Shown here: positions 1 through 12,353 of the stretch, one piece after another
How positions within the stretch are numbered: position 1 is the stretch's first letter
Layout: each line of letters begins with the position of its first letter
NCBI GenBank assembly: GCA_965223505.1
Contig: CBDCWP010000030.1
Coordinates: forward strand, 244,860 to 308,859
Direction: 5' to 3'
Source of the DNA: Planctomycetota bacterium
Lineage (GTDB): Bacteria; Planctomycetota; PLA2; JAEUHO01
Length of the DNA: 64,000 nucleotides
Translations under genes and position numbers: made by a program
The notes under the pieces: generated by a model
Databases searched by the model: none
Seen by the model: the letters and a program-made list of their open reading frames with translations, nothing else
What the model was told of the DNA's origin: nothing

Positions 1-1
1 G

Positions 2-1000
2 GTCACCCATGACGTCGGGGTCTTCCGACGCGATGAGGGCCTGCACGGCCGTGCGGATCTCGGTCTCGGGCGCGTCGCTGTCGACGATGGCCTGGAGCTG
101 GTCGAGGGAACGCCGGGACCATGCGGGCGTCTGCTCGAGGATCGTCATCGCGCCCATGCGAACGGCGTTGTCGGCGTCGTCGAGACGGCCGTGAACGAGC
201 GCGAGCATGGCGTCTTCGGTGATCGCCTCGGCGCATTTCGGCGCGGGGCCGAACACGGTCTTGTGGATGGCCTGCATGCAGCGCAGCCGCACGAGACGGT
301 CCGGATCCGATTCGACGAGCGCGGCGATGGTCGGGATGCTCTCGCAATCGCCGAAATGACAGAGCGCCGATGCGGCGGCGATGATCAACAGGCCCTCGTC
401 CTTCTTGTTGGTCGTGGGGTTGTTCGACCGCATCAGGCACTTGCGCATGCCCGGCGCGAGGTCGGACCAGTCGAGCAGCTTGGCCACCTGGATCGCCCCC
501 AGTCGGGTGACGTCGCCTTCGCGCGTCAGCCACTGTTCGACGGTCGCGCGCACCTCGAACGTCTGATCGGGCGCGAAGTGCTCGATGAAGTCCGGGTGGC
601 TGGACATGCGCGAGAGGATGACGGTGCGCGTGTCGAACGGGCCTTCGCGCCAGGCCTTCTCGACCAGCGTGAGGCGGTTGCGCTCGAGCAGGATGCCGAC
701 GCAGCGGCCGCGAATGCTGAACGCCTTGTCGGGGTCCCTGATGACGTCGAGGATCATGTCGTCGACCCAAGGCTCGTTGGGAGACTCGACGAGGTCCTTG
801 TGATGCCGCTTGCGCACGGACGGGTCGTCGGAGTGGAGCCCGTTGAGCGCCGACATCACCTTCAGGTTGGGCAGGAAGATGATGAAGAGGACGACGAGGA
901 CCACGAGCAGCGAGAGGAAGATCGCGGCGTAGCGCTTCCACGGCTTGGACGGCGCCGCGTCGGGCGCGCCGGCTGCTTGCTTCTTGGGTGCTTCCGTCAT
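2..1000 (-). CDS. Membrane-anchored HEAT-repeat-like protein (3' end outside the window)
   Basis: Not in the ORF track because there is no stop within the window. Manual translation from ATG 1000 (GGAGG upstream) gives MTEAPKKQ...KRYAAIFLSLLVVLVVLFIIFLPNL (TM helix), then HEAT-like motifs 'ESDPDRLVRLRCMQAI' and 'LDDADNAVRMGAMTIL'. Confidence 0.7.
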   Translation of the reverse strand, partial: MTEAPKKQAAGAPDAAPSKPWKRYAAIFLSLLVVLVVLFIIFLPNLKVMSALNGLHSDDPSVRKRHHKDLVESPNEPWVDDMILDVIRDPDKAFSIRGRCVGILLERNRLTLVEKAWREGPFDTRTVILSRMSSHPDFIEHFAPDQTFEVRATVEQWLTREGDVTRLGAIQVAKLLDWSDLAPGMRKCLMRSNNPTTNKKDEGLLIIAAASALCHFGDCESIPTIAALVESDPDRLVRLRCMQAIHKTVFGPAPKCAEAITEDAMLALVHGRLDDADNAVRMGAMTILEQTPAWSRRSLDQLQAIVDSDAPETEIRTAVQALIASEDPDVMGD

Positions 1001-1166
1001 GGCCAAGGTCGCCTCCGCGGGTGCCAGGAGCCTATTCACGCATGAGCACGCGGCGCGCCAAGATTCGGGACGCGAGCCGTTCGCGAGCGGGTCCGGGCTA
1101 TACAAAGACCTCTTCCGCGCCCGCCCCCGGGCTCTTCACGCGATCAACGGCAGAACGGAGCCGCCC

Positions 1167-2120
1167 ATTCCCCCCGACCCCACACCGATCCGCCTGACGC
1201 TGGGCTCCGAGGCGGCCGGGCAGCGCCTGGATCGTGCGCTGGCGGACCGTCTGCCCGAGCACTCCCGCACGGTGCTCACGCAGTGGATTCGGGCCGGCCG
1301 GGTCCTCGTGGACGGCGAGCCGCTCCCGGCCAAACACAAGGTCGCGGGCGGCGAGGAGGTGGAGATCGACGTTCCGCCGCCGCGGCCGACGGAGCTGGTC
1401 GCCGAGGACCGGCCGCTGGACGTCCTGCACGAGGACGAGTGGTTGCTGCTCCTGAACAAGCCGGTCGACTGGACGGTTCATCCCGGCAGCGGCCGGCACA
1501 CGGGCACCGTGGCCAATGCGCTCGTGCACCGGTTCCGGAACCTGCCCGTCTTGGGCGGCTCCGACCGCCCGGGCATCGTCCATCGGCTCGACAAGGACAC
1601 GTCGGGGGTGATGGTCGTGGCGAAGACGGAGCAGGTGCAGCGCGCGCTGTCGGACGCGTTTGCGCAGCGGACGGTGGAGAAGTCGTACCTGGCGTGCGTG
1701 CACGGGGTGTTCGACGAGGAGAGTACGACCGTCGATCTGCCGATCGGCCGGTCGCCGACGCATCGAACGCGCATGACGATCATCGAGGGCGGGCGCGAGT
1801 CCGTCACGCACGTGAGCGTCGAGCGCCGGTTCACGCGACACACGCTGCTGCACTGCCGCCCGCGCACGGGACGCACGCACCAGATCCGGGTGCATCTGCG
1901 CGCGCTGCATCACCCGATCGTGGGGGATCCGTTCTACGGCTGGAAGAGCGCGCCGGGCGACGGGCTGCCCGGCCGATTGATGTTGCACGCATGGCGATTG
2001 GCGTTCGTGCATCCGGGTACCGGCGAGAAGGTGTCGTTCGAGGCGCCGCCGCCGGAGGACTTCGTGCGCGGGCTCGAGGCGCTGGAGGCGTTGCCGCCGC
2101 GCGAGCGAGGACGGCCGTAG
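1167..2120 (+). CDS. rluD: RluA/RluD-family pseudouridine synthase with N-terminal S4 domain (start uncertain, probably ATT 1167)
   Basis: S4 motif 'GQRLDRALA...SRT..QWI..GRV.VDG', 'NKP..VHP', catalytic '[12 protein letters not shown]', '[10 protein letters not shown]' and 'LHA..LAF.HP'. Confidence 0.9.
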   Translation: MPPDPTPIRLTLGSEAAGQRLDRALADRLPEHSRTVLTQWIRAGRVLVDGEPLPAKHKVAGGEEVEIDVPPPRPTELVAEDRPLDVLHEDEWLLLLNKPVDWTVHPGSGRHTGTVANALVHRFRNLPVLGGSDRPGIVHRLDKDTSGVMVVAKTEQVQRALSDAFAQRTVEKSYLACVHGVFDEESTTVDLPIGRSPTHRTRMTIIEGGRESVTHVSVERRFTRHTLLHCRPRTGRTHQIRVHLRALHHPIVGDPFYGWKSAPGDGLPGRLMLHAWRLAFVHPGTGEKVSFEAPPPEDFVRGLEALEALPPRERGRP

Positions 2121-2283
2121 CGCCGTTCGTGGTGACGGGGCGCTTCCCGCGAGCGCGGGCCCTCGTGGCAGCCCGAGCCCGACCCCTCGCACGTTTCTCT
2201 CGGGGCCCCCCAAACGCAACATCGCGCGAGCGCCCCCACGGGATACGCCGAGTAGCATTCGAGGTCGAATCGCGGAGGGTTCG

Positions 2284-3927
<1,644 letters not shown>

Positions 3928-3942
3928 CCGCGGGTCGTTCGC

Positions 3943-4138
3943 GGGCGACCACGGGTCTCCCCGGATCCGACGTAGGGGCAGCCCTTGTGGCTGCCCAACC
4001 GTGGATGTGTCGGGACCTGATCGACGAACGGTTGGGCGGCCACGAGGGTCGCCCCTACATTGGGCGGCAACGAGGTCGCCCCTACATTGGGCGACCACGA
4101 GGGTCGCCCCTACTGGCGACCACGAGGGTCGGCCCTAC
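3943..4138. repeat. REP cluster (REPIN plus tandem extra copies)
   Basis: GTAGGGGCAGCCCTTGTGGCTGCCC at 3972, then four tandem inverted-type copies like (TT)GGGCGACCACGAGGGTCGCCCCTAC at about 4032, 4060, 4087 and 4114. A degenerate copy lies at 3943. Confidence 0.9.
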
Positions 4139-4692
4139 TGCCCGATCGCGTCGATCTTCGCCTTCCATCGTTCGATGACGGCCTGGTTCTTCGCGGCAAG
4201 GGAGTCGCCGCCCGGCAAGTCGTCGAGCGCACGCTGCAACGCATCGCGCGTGCCGGAGAGCCGCTTGACGGCGGCCTCGGTACCCGGCTTCGCCTTCATC
4301 GACTCGATCTGCTTTTCGAGCATGGCGATGTTGCTCTCCATCTTCTCGCGCGCCGCGGGAGACACCTGCGGAGACCGGTGGCTGCTCACCTCGCGCACGA
4401 TCGCGTTCCAACGCTCGGCGCTCCACCCGTGGCGCTCCAGGGCCTTCAACAGATCCGCTTGCCCTTCTTCACGAAGCCTCTTGATCTCGGTTGCGATCGC
4501 GACGTACTGCTCCATGACCTCGTCCGTCAGCACGAGCTCTTCCACCGTCATCTGCTCGCGCACCTCGTCGGCCGGGTTCGCGGCGCCGTCGCCGCCGGGA
4601 TCGACGGCCGTGACGTCGGCCGGCTCCTCGTCACCGCACGCGGCGAGGCCGAGTCCGCAGGCAAGTACAAACGCGAGCGAAACGTAGCGCAT
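4135..4692 (-). CDS. Hypothetical lipoprotein, helical
   Basis: MRYVSLAFVLACGLGLAAC lipobox followed by an acidic linker and a coiled-coil-like C-terminal region. Confidence 0.75.
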   Translation of the reverse strand: MRYVSLAFVLACGLGLAACGDEEPADVTAVDPGGDGAANPADEVREQMTVEELVLTDEVMEQYVAIATEIKRLREEGQADLLKALERHGWSAERWNAIVREVSSHRSPQVSPAAREKMESNIAMLEKQIESMKAKPGTEAAVKRLSGTRDALQRALDDLPGGDSLAAKNQAVIERWKAKIDAIGQ

Positions 4693-4778
4693 GAATCCGT
4701 CTCCCAACCGGGGCGCGACATCGTACTCCCCTGCCGCGGCTCGCATTCAACGCGTCCGGCCCGGTACGATCTCGCGCC

Positions 4779-5231
4779 ATGACCGACCCGCCCCCGAACC
4801 CGCTTCCGCGCCTCGGCCCCGTCGACCACATCGGCATCGCGGTTCGAAGCCTCGACGAAGGCAAGCAGCTCTACGGCGACGCATTCGGTCTGACGCTGCT
4901 GCACGAAGAAGAGGTCCCCACCGAGAAGGTCCGCGTCGCTTGCTACGACGGCGGCGGATTGCGGATCGAGCTGCTCGAGTCCACCGACCCAGAAGGCCCC
5001 ATCGCCCGGTTCGTAGAACGGCGCGGCCCGGGCATCCACCACGTCTGCTACCGCGTCGACGACGCCGACGCGGCGCTCGCGCGCCTCAAGGAGGCCGGCC
5101 TGCAGACGCTCGACGACACGCCCCGGCCGGGCGCCGGCGGCTGCCGCGTCGCGTTCGTCCACCCCAAGTCGGCCGGCGGCGTCCTCGTCGAGATCTCCCA
5201 GCCCCCCGCCGATGGAGCCGCGCATGAGTGA
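4779..5231 (+). CDS. mce: Methylmalonyl-CoA epimerase (VOC fold)
   Basis: Motifs '[10 protein letters not shown]', 'IELLE', 'GPGIHHVCY' and '[14 protein letters not shown]'; sits in a propionyl-CoA pathway cluster. Confidence 0.92.
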   Translation: MTDPPPNPLPRLGPVDHIGIAVRSLDEGKQLYGDAFGLTLLHEEEVPTEKVRVACYDGGGLRIELLESTDPEGPIARFVERRGPGIHHVCYRVDDADAALARLKEAGLQTLDDTPRPGAGGCRVAFVHPKSAGGVLVEISQPPADGAAHE

Positions 5232-6774
5232 GGACCCGCGCATCGAGGGCCTGCGCGAACGTCGCGAGGCCGCGCTCATGGGCGGCGGCGCCGCCGCCAT
5301 CCAGCGCCAGCACGACAAGGGCAAGCTCACGGCGCGCGAGCGCATCGACCTGCTCGTCGACGAGGGCACGTTCGAAGAGATCGACCCCTTCAAGCTCCAC
5401 CGCTGCCGCGAGTTCGGCATGGAGAGCAAGCAGTTTCCCGGTGACGGCGTCGTCACCGGACTCGGGCGCGTCGACGGGCGCGTCACGGCGGTCTTCGCGC
5501 AGGACTTCACCGTATTCGGCGGGTCCCTCTCGGGCGCCAACGCCGAGAAGGTCTGCAAGCTGATGGACACGGCGATGAAGATCGGCGTGCCGATCGTCGG
5601 CCTCAACGACTCCGGCGGCGCGCGCATCCAAGAGGGCGTCGTCTCGCTGGGCGGGTACGCCGACATCTTCCTGCGCAACACGCTCGCCTCCGGCGTCGTG
5701 CCGCAGCTCTCCGCGATCCTCGGCCCGTGCGCGGGCGGCGCGGTCTACTCCCCTGCCATCACCGATTTCGTCATCATGGTGGACGGCACGTCGTACATGT
5801 ACGTGACCGGCCCCGGCGTCACCAAGACGGTCACGCACGAAGAGGTCACCCACGACGAGCTGGGCGGCGCGACGGCGCACTCGGAGAAGTCGGGCGTCGC
5901 GCACTTCCGCGTCGACGACGACGCGAGCGCGATCGCGGCCACGCGGCGGCTGCTGGCATTCTTGCCGCAGAACAACACCGAGGTCCCGCCCGCGGGGCGC
6001 GGCACCGACGATCCGAACCGCATGGAAGAGCGCCTCAACGCGCTCGTGCCGGAAGACCCGAACAAGCCGTACGACATGCGCGAGGTCATCCAGCTCGTCG
6101 TCGACGACGGCGACTTCATGGAGGTGCACGAGCACTTCGCCGGCAACATCGTCGTCGGGTTCGCGCATCTGGGCGGACGCACCGTCGGCGTGATCGGCAA
6201 CCAGCCGCAGGTGCTCGCCGGCTGCCTCGACGTGGACGCCTCGGTCAAGGGCGCGCGATTCGTGCGCTTCTGCGACTGCTTCAACATTCCGCTCGTCACG
6301 TTCGAGGACGTCCCGGGGTTCCTGCCCGGCACCGACCAGGAGTGGAACGGCATCATCAAGCACGGCGCGAAGCTCCTGTACGCGTACTGCGAAGCGACCG
6401 TTCCGAAGCTCACCGTCATCACGCGCAAGGCCTACGGCGGCGCGTACGACGTCATGTCGAGCAAGCACATCCGCGGCGACTGGAACCTGGCCTGGCCGAG
6501 CGCCGAGGTCGCGGTCATGGGGCACAAGGGCGCGGTCGAGGTGATCTTCCGCAAGGAGATCGCGGCCGCCGACGACCCGGCCGCACTGCAGGCGAAGCTC
6601 GAACAGGAATACCGCGATCAGTTCGCCAACCCCTACGTGGCCGCGGAGCGCGGGTACCTCGACGACGTGATCGAGCCGAAGACGACGCGCCCGAAGCTCG
6701 TCGCGGCATTGGCGATGCTCGAGACCAAGCGCGACCAGAACCCGCCGAAGAAGCACGGGAACATCCCGCTCTGA
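5224..6774 (+). CDS. pccB: Acyl-CoA (propionyl-CoA) carboxylase carboxyltransferase beta subunit
   Basis: Motifs '[13 protein letters not shown]', '[10 protein letters not shown]', '[12 protein letters not shown]', 'DVPGFLPG' and C-terminal 'KKHGNIPL'. Confidence 0.93.
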   Translation: MSEDPRIEGLRERREAALMGGGAAAIQRQHDKGKLTARERIDLLVDEGTFEEIDPFKLHRCREFGMESKQFPGDGVVTGLGRVDGRVTAVFAQDFTVFGGSLSGANAEKVCKLMDTAMKIGVPIVGLNDSGGARIQEGVVSLGGYADIFLRNTLASGVVPQLSAILGPCAGGAVYSPAITDFVIMVDGTSYMYVTGPGVTKTVTHEEVTHDELGGATAHSEKSGVAHFRVDDDASAIAATRRLLAFLPQNNTEVPPAGRGTDDPNRMEERLNALVPEDPNKPYDMREVIQLVVDDGDFMEVHEHFAGNIVVGFAHLGGRTVGVIGNQPQVLAGCLDVDASVKGARFVRFCDCFNIPLVTFEDVPGFLPGTDQEWNGIIKHGAKLLYAYCEATVPKLTVITRKAYGGAYDVMSSKHIRGDWNLAWPSAEVAVMGHKGAVEVIFRKEIAAADDPAALQAKLEQEYRDQFANPYVAAERGYLDDVIEPKTTRPKLVAALAMLETKRDQNPPKKHGNIPL

Positions 6775-8285
6775 TGGCCGTGAAGAAACGCACGATCCGC
6801 AAGCTGCTCGTCGCGAATCGCGGTGAGATCGCGCTGCGCGTGATTCGCGCCGCGCACGAGGCGGGCATGCGTACGGTCGCGGTCTACTCCGATGCCGACC
6901 GCACGTCGATGCACGTTTGCGGCGCGCACGAAGCCGTGCGCCTCGGTCCGCCGGCGCCGGGCGAGTCCTACCTGCGCGCCGACGCGGTTCTGGCCGCGGC
7001 CGAACAGACCGGCGCGGACGCGGTTCACCCCGGCTACGGCTTCCTCGCCGAGAACGCGGCGTTCGCCGAAGCCGTCGAGGCGGCGGGACTCGTGTTCGTC
7101 GGCCCGTCGGGCGACGCCATGCGCGCCATGGGCGACAAGATCTCCGCGAGGCGCACCGTGAGCGGTTCCGGCGTGCCGGTCGTGCCGGGCGCCGAGCTGC
7201 CGAACGCGGACGACGACAGAGCCGTGCTCGAGGCGGCGCGCGGCGTCGGGTTCCCGCTGCTCGTGAAGGCGTCGGCGGGCGGCGGCGGCAAGGGCATGCG
7301 CCTCGTCGACGCCGAAGACGGCGTGCTCGAAGCCGTCCAACGCGCGTCGTCCGAAGCCGTGACGGCCTTCGGCGACGGAACGGTCTACCTCGAGCGATTC
7401 GTCGAGAAGCCGCGTCACGTCGAGATTCAGGTGCTCGCCGACGCTCACGGCAACACCGTGGCGTTGGGCGAGCGCGAGTGCTCGGTGCAACGCCGCCATC
7501 AGAAGGTGATCGAAGAGACGCCTTCGCCGATCGTCACGCCGGAGCTGCGAGCGGAGATGGAAGCGGCCGCGATCGCGACGGCGAAGAGCTGCGACTACCT
7601 CGGCGCGGGCACGGTGGAGTTCCTGGTCGGCGCGGACCGGTCGTTCTACTTCCTCGAGATGAACACGCGCATCCAGGTCGAGCACCCGATCACCGAGCTG
7701 CGCTACGGCGTCGACCTCGTCGCTGAGCAGCTGCGCGTCGCTCAAGGGCTGCCGATCTCGTTCGCCAGCGAGACGCTGGAGCCGCAGGGACACGCCATCG
7801 AAGCGCGCATCTGCGCGGAGGACGCCGACCAGGGCTTCATGCCGAGCACCGGAACGCTCGGCGCCATCCAGCTACCCGGCGGTCCGGGGGTTCGCTGCGA
7901 CGGCCACGTGTACGTCGGGCAGGAAGTGACGCTGCACTACGACAACCTCCTGCTCAAGCTGATCGTGCATGCGGACGATCGCGACGAGGCCATCCGGCGC
8001 ATGCGCCGCGCGCTTCACGAGACGCGCTTGCCGGGCGTGACGACGAACATCCCGTTGTGCCTGCGCACGCTCGACGACCCGGCGTTCGCCACCGGCGACT
8101 ACGACACGTCGGTGCTCGACGGCAGCGCGCCGCCTGAACCGCAGGCCGGCGACCTGATTCCGGTGGTCGCCGCGGCGCTGGCCATGCACCGGCGCGTCAA
8201 GAAGACGGCAATTCCCGAAACCGTTCAGTCCGGCCCGAAACCGTCGGCATGGGTCGTCGCGGGAAGGCACTGGTGGCGCCGATGA
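6774..8285 (+). CDS. Biotin carboxylase subunit of acyl-CoA carboxylase
   Basis: Motifs 'KLLVANRGEIA', 'HPGYGFLAEN', 'GGGGKGMR' and 'FLEMNTRIQVEHP'; TGATG overlap with pccB. Confidence 0.93.
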   Translation: MAVKKRTIRKLLVANRGEIALRVIRAAHEAGMRTVAVYSDADRTSMHVCGAHEAVRLGPPAPGESYLRADAVLAAAEQTGADAVHPGYGFLAENAAFAEAVEAAGLVFVGPSGDAMRAMGDKISARRTVSGSGVPVVPGAELPNADDDRAVLEAARGVGFPLLVKASAGGGGKGMRLVDAEDGVLEAVQRASSEAVTAFGDGTVYLERFVEKPRHVEIQVLADAHGNTVALGERECSVQRRHQKVIEETPSPIVTPELRAEMEAAAIATAKSCDYLGAGTVEFLVGADRSFYFLEMNTRIQVEHPITELRYGVDLVAEQLRVAQGLPISFASETLEPQGHAIEARICAEDADQGFMPSTGTLGAIQLPGGPGVRCDGHVYVGQEVTLHYDNLLLKLIVHADDRDEAIRRMRRALHETRLPGVTTNIPLCLRTLDDPAFATGDYDTSVLDGSAPPEPQAGDLIPVVAAALAMHRRVKKTAIPETVQSGPKPSAWVVAGRHWWRR

Positions 8286-8800
8286 AGTACTACGTCGAGT
8301 GGGCCGGCATGACGCACGTCGTCGAGATCCGTCAAAAGGGTGGCGAGACCACCGTGACGGTGGACGGCACCGCGTATCCCGCCGACGTCGCGTCGGTCGA
8401 AGGCGGCGACCTGCTCAACCTGCTCTTCGAAGGCAACAGCGCGACGTACGCGGCACGCTTCGAGAACGGCGCGGCGGTGCTGTCGTTTCACGACCGCGAG
8501 GTGCGCGTCCCGATCGAGGACGAACGCACCCGGTTGGCGCGCGAGGCCACGGGGGGCAAGCGCGGCGGCAAGGCCAGGTCCGACATCCAGAGCGTGATGC
8601 CGGGCGTGGTGAAGGAAATCCGCGTGGCAGAGGGCGATCCGGTCAAGAGCGGGCAACCGCTGCTGATCCTCGAAGCCATGAAGATGGAGAACGAGATCCG
8701 CGCGCCGATGTCCGGCATAGTGAAGAAAGTCCATGTTGCGCCCGGACAGGCGGTCGAAAAGGGCGCCGAGCTGATGGCTTTGGGCGCGGCCGGCGAATAG
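8282..8800 (+). CDS. Biotin carboxyl carrier (biotin/lipoyl-binding) protein
   Basis: 'EAMKMENEI' biotinylation motif; ATGA overlap with the upstream gene. Confidence 0.92.
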   Translation: MKYYVEWAGMTHVVEIRQKGGETTVTVDGTAYPADVASVEGGDLLNLLFEGNSATYAARFENGAAVLSFHDREVRVPIEDERTRLAREATGGKRGGKARSDIQSVMPGVVKEIRVAEGDPVKSGQPLLILEAMKMENEIRAPMSGIVKKVHVAPGQAVEKGAELMALGAAGE

Positions 8801-8864
8801 GGCCCAACAAAGCGGACCCGTGCGCCGTACAGTCGGACGGCAGAGATTCGTTGGAGCGTTCAAG

Positions 8865-9692
8865 ATGGACAAGTTGGCACTCGTATTGGCCGTTGCGGCC
8901 GTCGCACTCGCGGGCTGGACCGCGTTCGGCGCCGGACATTCCGCCGGCACGGACGTGGAGCGTCTGGATTCGTTGGATGCGTCGGTTTCCGAGCTGACTG
9001 CGTCCATCGCGTCGCTCGAGAAGCGGATCGGAGAGATTCCCTCCGCGGCCATGGTCGGCAACGGCGGCATGACGGGCGATGACGCGGGCCTCGAAGGCAA
9101 CGTACGCCCCGCGACGATGTCGGACCGCGTCGCCGAGCTCGAGAAAACCGTCAAGGATCAGAACGAGCGGCTCGCGTCGATGCAGGATCAGGTCGACAAG
9201 CAGCCGGGCGCCGGGCGCTTCATCAGCCCGCGGCATTCGATCTTCTTCCGCAGCGTCGACGACGCCGCCAAGCAGCTCGAGCTCGATCCCGGGCAGCGCG
9301 CCCAGATGGACCGCATCATCGAGTCCACGAAACGTGAGCTCGAGGACCTCTACAACACGCCCAACGACGAAGGCAAGACGTGGGCGGAGATGAAGAAGTT
9401 CAACCTCAAGAAGCTGACCAGCGGCGACGCGAGTGACGGCATCGTCGCGTTTACCTCGAACTTCGCCAAGATCGCCAAGTTCAAGAAAACGAAGATTCCC
9501 GGCAGCAACGAGACCTTCGGCGAAGCGGAGACGCGCATCAAGAACCTCGCCAAGGAGAACATCGGCGAGACGCTGAACCAGGAGCAGAAGGAGAAGTGGG
9601 ACAACGCCCACACCGATCACCTCGTCGGCGGCGGCGGCTCCAGCATGACGTTCTCGTCGGTCGTGATGGAACGCGAGGCCGAAGACAAGTAG
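8865..9692 (+). CDS. Hypothetical exported coiled-coil protein
   Basis: Signal/anchor 'MDKLALVLAVAAVALAGW', heptad-like segments, GGAG upstream and typical codon usage. Confidence 0.7.
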   Translation: MDKLALVLAVAAVALAGWTAFGAGHSAGTDVERLDSLDASVSELTASIASLEKRIGEIPSAAMVGNGGMTGDDAGLEGNVRPATMSDRVAELEKTVKDQNERLASMQDQVDKQPGAGRFISPRHSIFFRSVDDAAKQLELDPGQRAQMDRIIESTKRELEDLYNTPNDEGKTWAEMKKFNLKKLTSGDASDGIVAFTSNFAKIAKFKKTKIPGSNETFGEAETRIKNLAKENIGETLNQEQKEKWDNAHTDHLVGGGGSSMTFSSVVMEREAEDK

Positions 9693-9718
9693 CAGACGCC
9701 GTTTTCGGCGAGCGACGG

Positions 9719-11152
9719 TCAGTCGCCCTTGATCGTCTCCAAAGCCTCGAGCGCTTCGTTCCGCGCCTCGGCGTGATCGACGATCGGATTCGGATACGTC
9801 TCGCCCAGCCGCACGTCCGCGTCGGCGAGCACGTCGTCCGACGCCTCCCAAGGCGCGTGGATGTGTTCGGTCGGTAGCGCCGCCAGCTCGGGCACCCAGC
9901 GCCGCACGTAGGCACCGTCGGGATCGAATTTCTTGCCCTGCAAGACCGGGTTGAACACACGGAAGTAGGGCGCCGCGTCCGCGCCGCAGCCCGCGACCCA
10001 CTGCCAGCTCGCGCTGTTGTTCGCGAGATCGGCGTCGACCAGCGTGTCCCAGAACCAGGCCGCGCCGTCCTGCCACGGTAGGAGCAGGTCCTTCACGAGG
10101 AACGACGCCGCGATCATGCGGACGCGGTTGTGCATCCACCCCGTGTGCCAGAGCTCGCGCAGGCCGGCATCGACGATCGGATACCCCGTGCGCCCCTTCT
10201 GCCACGCGGACAGCTGGTCCGCGTCGTCGCGCCACGGGAAGTCCGCGAACTCGGGTCGGAAAGGCGCCTCCGGCAGGTCGGGCCAATGATGAAGCAGGTG
10301 ATACGAGAACTCGCGCCAGCCCAGCTCGCGCAAGAACGCATCCGCGCCCTTGGCTTCGTTGCCGACGCGGTCCGCCGCCGCGGCCTCGTGGCGGCACTGG
10401 CGCGGGCCGATCTCGCCGAAGTGCAGATGGGGCGAGAGCCGTGAGGTGCCTTCGATGTCGGGGCGGTCACGTTGTGACGCATAGTCCGCGATCGGTCCGT
10501 CGAGGAACGCCCGCAGCCGCTCCTGCGCGCCGGCCTCGCCCGGCGTCCACGTCTCGCGCAAGCCGCCGGCCCAGTCGGGCCGCGTGGGCAACAGGCGCCA
10601 GCTGGCGAGGTCGTCGGACGCGGGCGCAGACGTGGGCGCGCGAAGGGTGTCGGGCGCGGCGACCGTCGGCTCGGGTTCCGGCCGCGCCAAGCAGGCTTTC
10701 CAGAAGGGCGTGAAGACGCGGTAGGGCTCCCCGGACTTGTTCGCGACGTCCTCGGGCTCGTAGAGCAACACGCCGCCGAAACGCTTGCAGGCGACACCGC
10801 GCTCCTCGAGGGCTTTGGCCAGCGCGGGCTCGGCCTCGGCGTCGTCGGGCTCGTACCCGCGTGTCCAGTGGACGGCGGTCGCACCCGTCTCCTCGATCAG
10901 CTCGTCGAGCACGTCTTCGATGCGGCCCTTGCGCAGCACGAGCATCGAACCGGCGTCCTCCAACGACGCCTGCAGCGACGCCAGGCTGTGGTGCAGCCAC
11001 CAGCGGCTCGCCCCACCGAGAGACGCGCGCTCGTCGAACACGTAGAGCGGGATGACGGGGCGGCCCGTATCGACGGCCGCCTTCAGGGCCGGGTTGTCCG
11101 CGAGCCGAAGATCCCGACGAAACCAGTGGATGACCGGATCACGAGACGACAT
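9719..11152 (-). CDS. phrB: Deoxyribodipyrimidine (CPD) photolyase
   Basis: Motifs 'WFRRDLRLADNPAL', 'TSRLSPHLHFGEI', 'GRTGYPIVDAG', 'MHNRVRMI' and 'DADLANN..WQW'. Confidence 0.93.
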   Translation of the reverse strand: MSSRDPVIHWFRRDLRLADNPALKAAVDTGRPVIPLYVFDERASLGGASRWWLHHSLASLQASLEDAGSMLVLRKGRIEDVLDELIEETGATAVHWTRGYEPDDAEAEPALAKALEERGVACKRFGGVLLYEPEDVANKSGEPYRVFTPFWKACLARPEPEPTVAAPDTLRAPTSAPASDDLASWRLLPTRPDWAGGLRETWTPGEAGAQERLRAFLDGPIADYASQRDRPDIEGTSRLSPHLHFGEIGPRQCRHEAAAADRVGNEAKGADAFLRELGWREFSYHLLHHWPDLPEAPFRPEFADFPWRDDADQLSAWQKGRTGYPIVDAGLRELWHTGWMHNRVRMIAASFLVKDLLLPWQDGAAWFWDTLVDADLANNSASWQWVAGCGADAAPYFRVFNPVLQGKKFDPDGAYVRRWVPELAALPTEHIHAPWEASDDVLADADVRLGETYPNPIVDHAEARNEALEALETIKGD

Positions 11153-11164
11153 GGGCGGACGGCC

Positions 11165-12232
11165 TCACAAGCGTGCAACGAGGGCACGCGCCGCAGCGCG
11201 CTTCCCCGCGCCGGCGGACGCGGGTACGACCGAGATCGAAGCATCGACCTGCGCCCGCGTCGCACCCAAACGGACCGCAGCGCGCATGTGTCCAAGAAGC
11301 GGATCACGCAGCGTTCCGAGCGCGGTCAGGATCGAGACGGCCAGGAGCTCGCGCTCGAGCAGCGTCAGCACGTGGTCGCGCGCGAGCACGCGTCCGTACG
11401 CGAAGTCGAGGGTCCAATCCGCAAGCCGCTCGCTCAAGCCTCGCAGCCCGGCTTCGACCTGCGGCGCCGTGTCCCCGTACACCTGTGCAAAGGTCGCGGG
11501 TCCGTCGCCGCCGGCGCCGCCGGGATCCGGACCCGGCGCACCCAACGTCTCACGCGCGGCGGCGAACGCGGCGATCGCACGCGGAAAGCCCGCGTACGGA
11601 ACGAGCTGCAGAAGCGTCTCACGAACGCGCTCGATCGACTCGCCGCTCTCCACGGCCGTGCGCACCTCGCGCTGCACGAGCGCCGCGTCCCCCACCGCGC
11701 CCGCCGCCGCGATGACGAGCAACGCTCGCGGGATCTCCGCGTCCGCTGCCCGCGGCTGCGGTTCGAGCCAGGTGAGCGTTCGATGGCGGCGCGGATCACC
11801 GTCCAGATAGGCGCGCAAGGGCTCGTGATACGGCGCCTCCAGCCGCTCGACGACCTCGTCTTCGGGCACCCACGCCGCCGCATCGATGCCGAGGCCCGGA
11901 ACGGGCTCGCCCTCGCACCGAAGCTCGAAGAAGAACGCGCGCCAGGTGTAGTGCGCCGGGGCGCTCGGCGCGGCGCGTTTGACGCCGTCGACCACCAGGA
12001 ACAGATCGCCCACCCGCGCCGGCAGCCCGGTCTCCTCGCGCCACTCTCGAACCAGGCCCTGTTCGAGGCGCTCGCCGGGCCTGACGGCGCCGCCGGGCAG
12101 GTCCCACCAGGAGACGGCCCGCCCCTGCGAGACACGCGGGTTTTGCACCATCAAGACGCGTCCGTTGCGGCGCGCGAGACCGAAGGCCGCGTCCCGGTGG
12201 CCCGACGGTTCAGGTAAGTGTTCGTTCGCCAT
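11165..12232 (-). CDS. NUDIX hydrolase fused to a carboxymuconolactone decarboxylase/AhpD-like domain
   Basis: Nudix box 'LPGGAVRPGERLEQGLVREWREETG'. CMD-like motifs 'LLQLVPYAGFPRA' and 'FAYGRVLARDHVLTLLERELLAVSIL'. Confidence 0.8.
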   Translation of the reverse strand: MANEHLPEPSGHRDAAFGLARRNGRVLMVQNPRVSQGRAVSWWDLPGGAVRPGERLEQGLVREWREETGLPARVGDLFLVVDGVKRAAPSAPAHYTWRAFFFELRCEGEPVPGLGIDAAAWVPEDEVVERLEAPYHEPLRAYLDGDPRRHRTLTWLEPQPRAADAEIPRALLVIAAAGAVGDAALVQREVRTAVESGESIERVRETLLQLVPYAGFPRAIAAFAAARETLGAPGPDPGGAGGDGPATFAQVYGDTAPQVEAGLRGLSERLADWTLDFAYGRVLARDHVLTLLERELLAVSILTALGTLRDPLLGHMRAAVRLGATRAQVDASISVVPASAGAGKRAAARALVARL

Positions 12233-12353
12233 CGCGTCGGGTTCTACCAGGGAAGGGGTGCCATGCTGTCAAACGCCTAAAGCTCGGCTTCTGCGGAGGT
12301 CGATAGACCCTCGGTGGCCCCGATTCGGGGGGCTCGAAGGTTTCGCTCCGCTC

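Noticed and set aside
4032..4138. Tandem ~27-bp repeats resembling a mini-CRISPR array
   Set aside because: There are no unique spacers and no cas genes, and the same unit is dispersed as REP palindromes elsewhere in the window.
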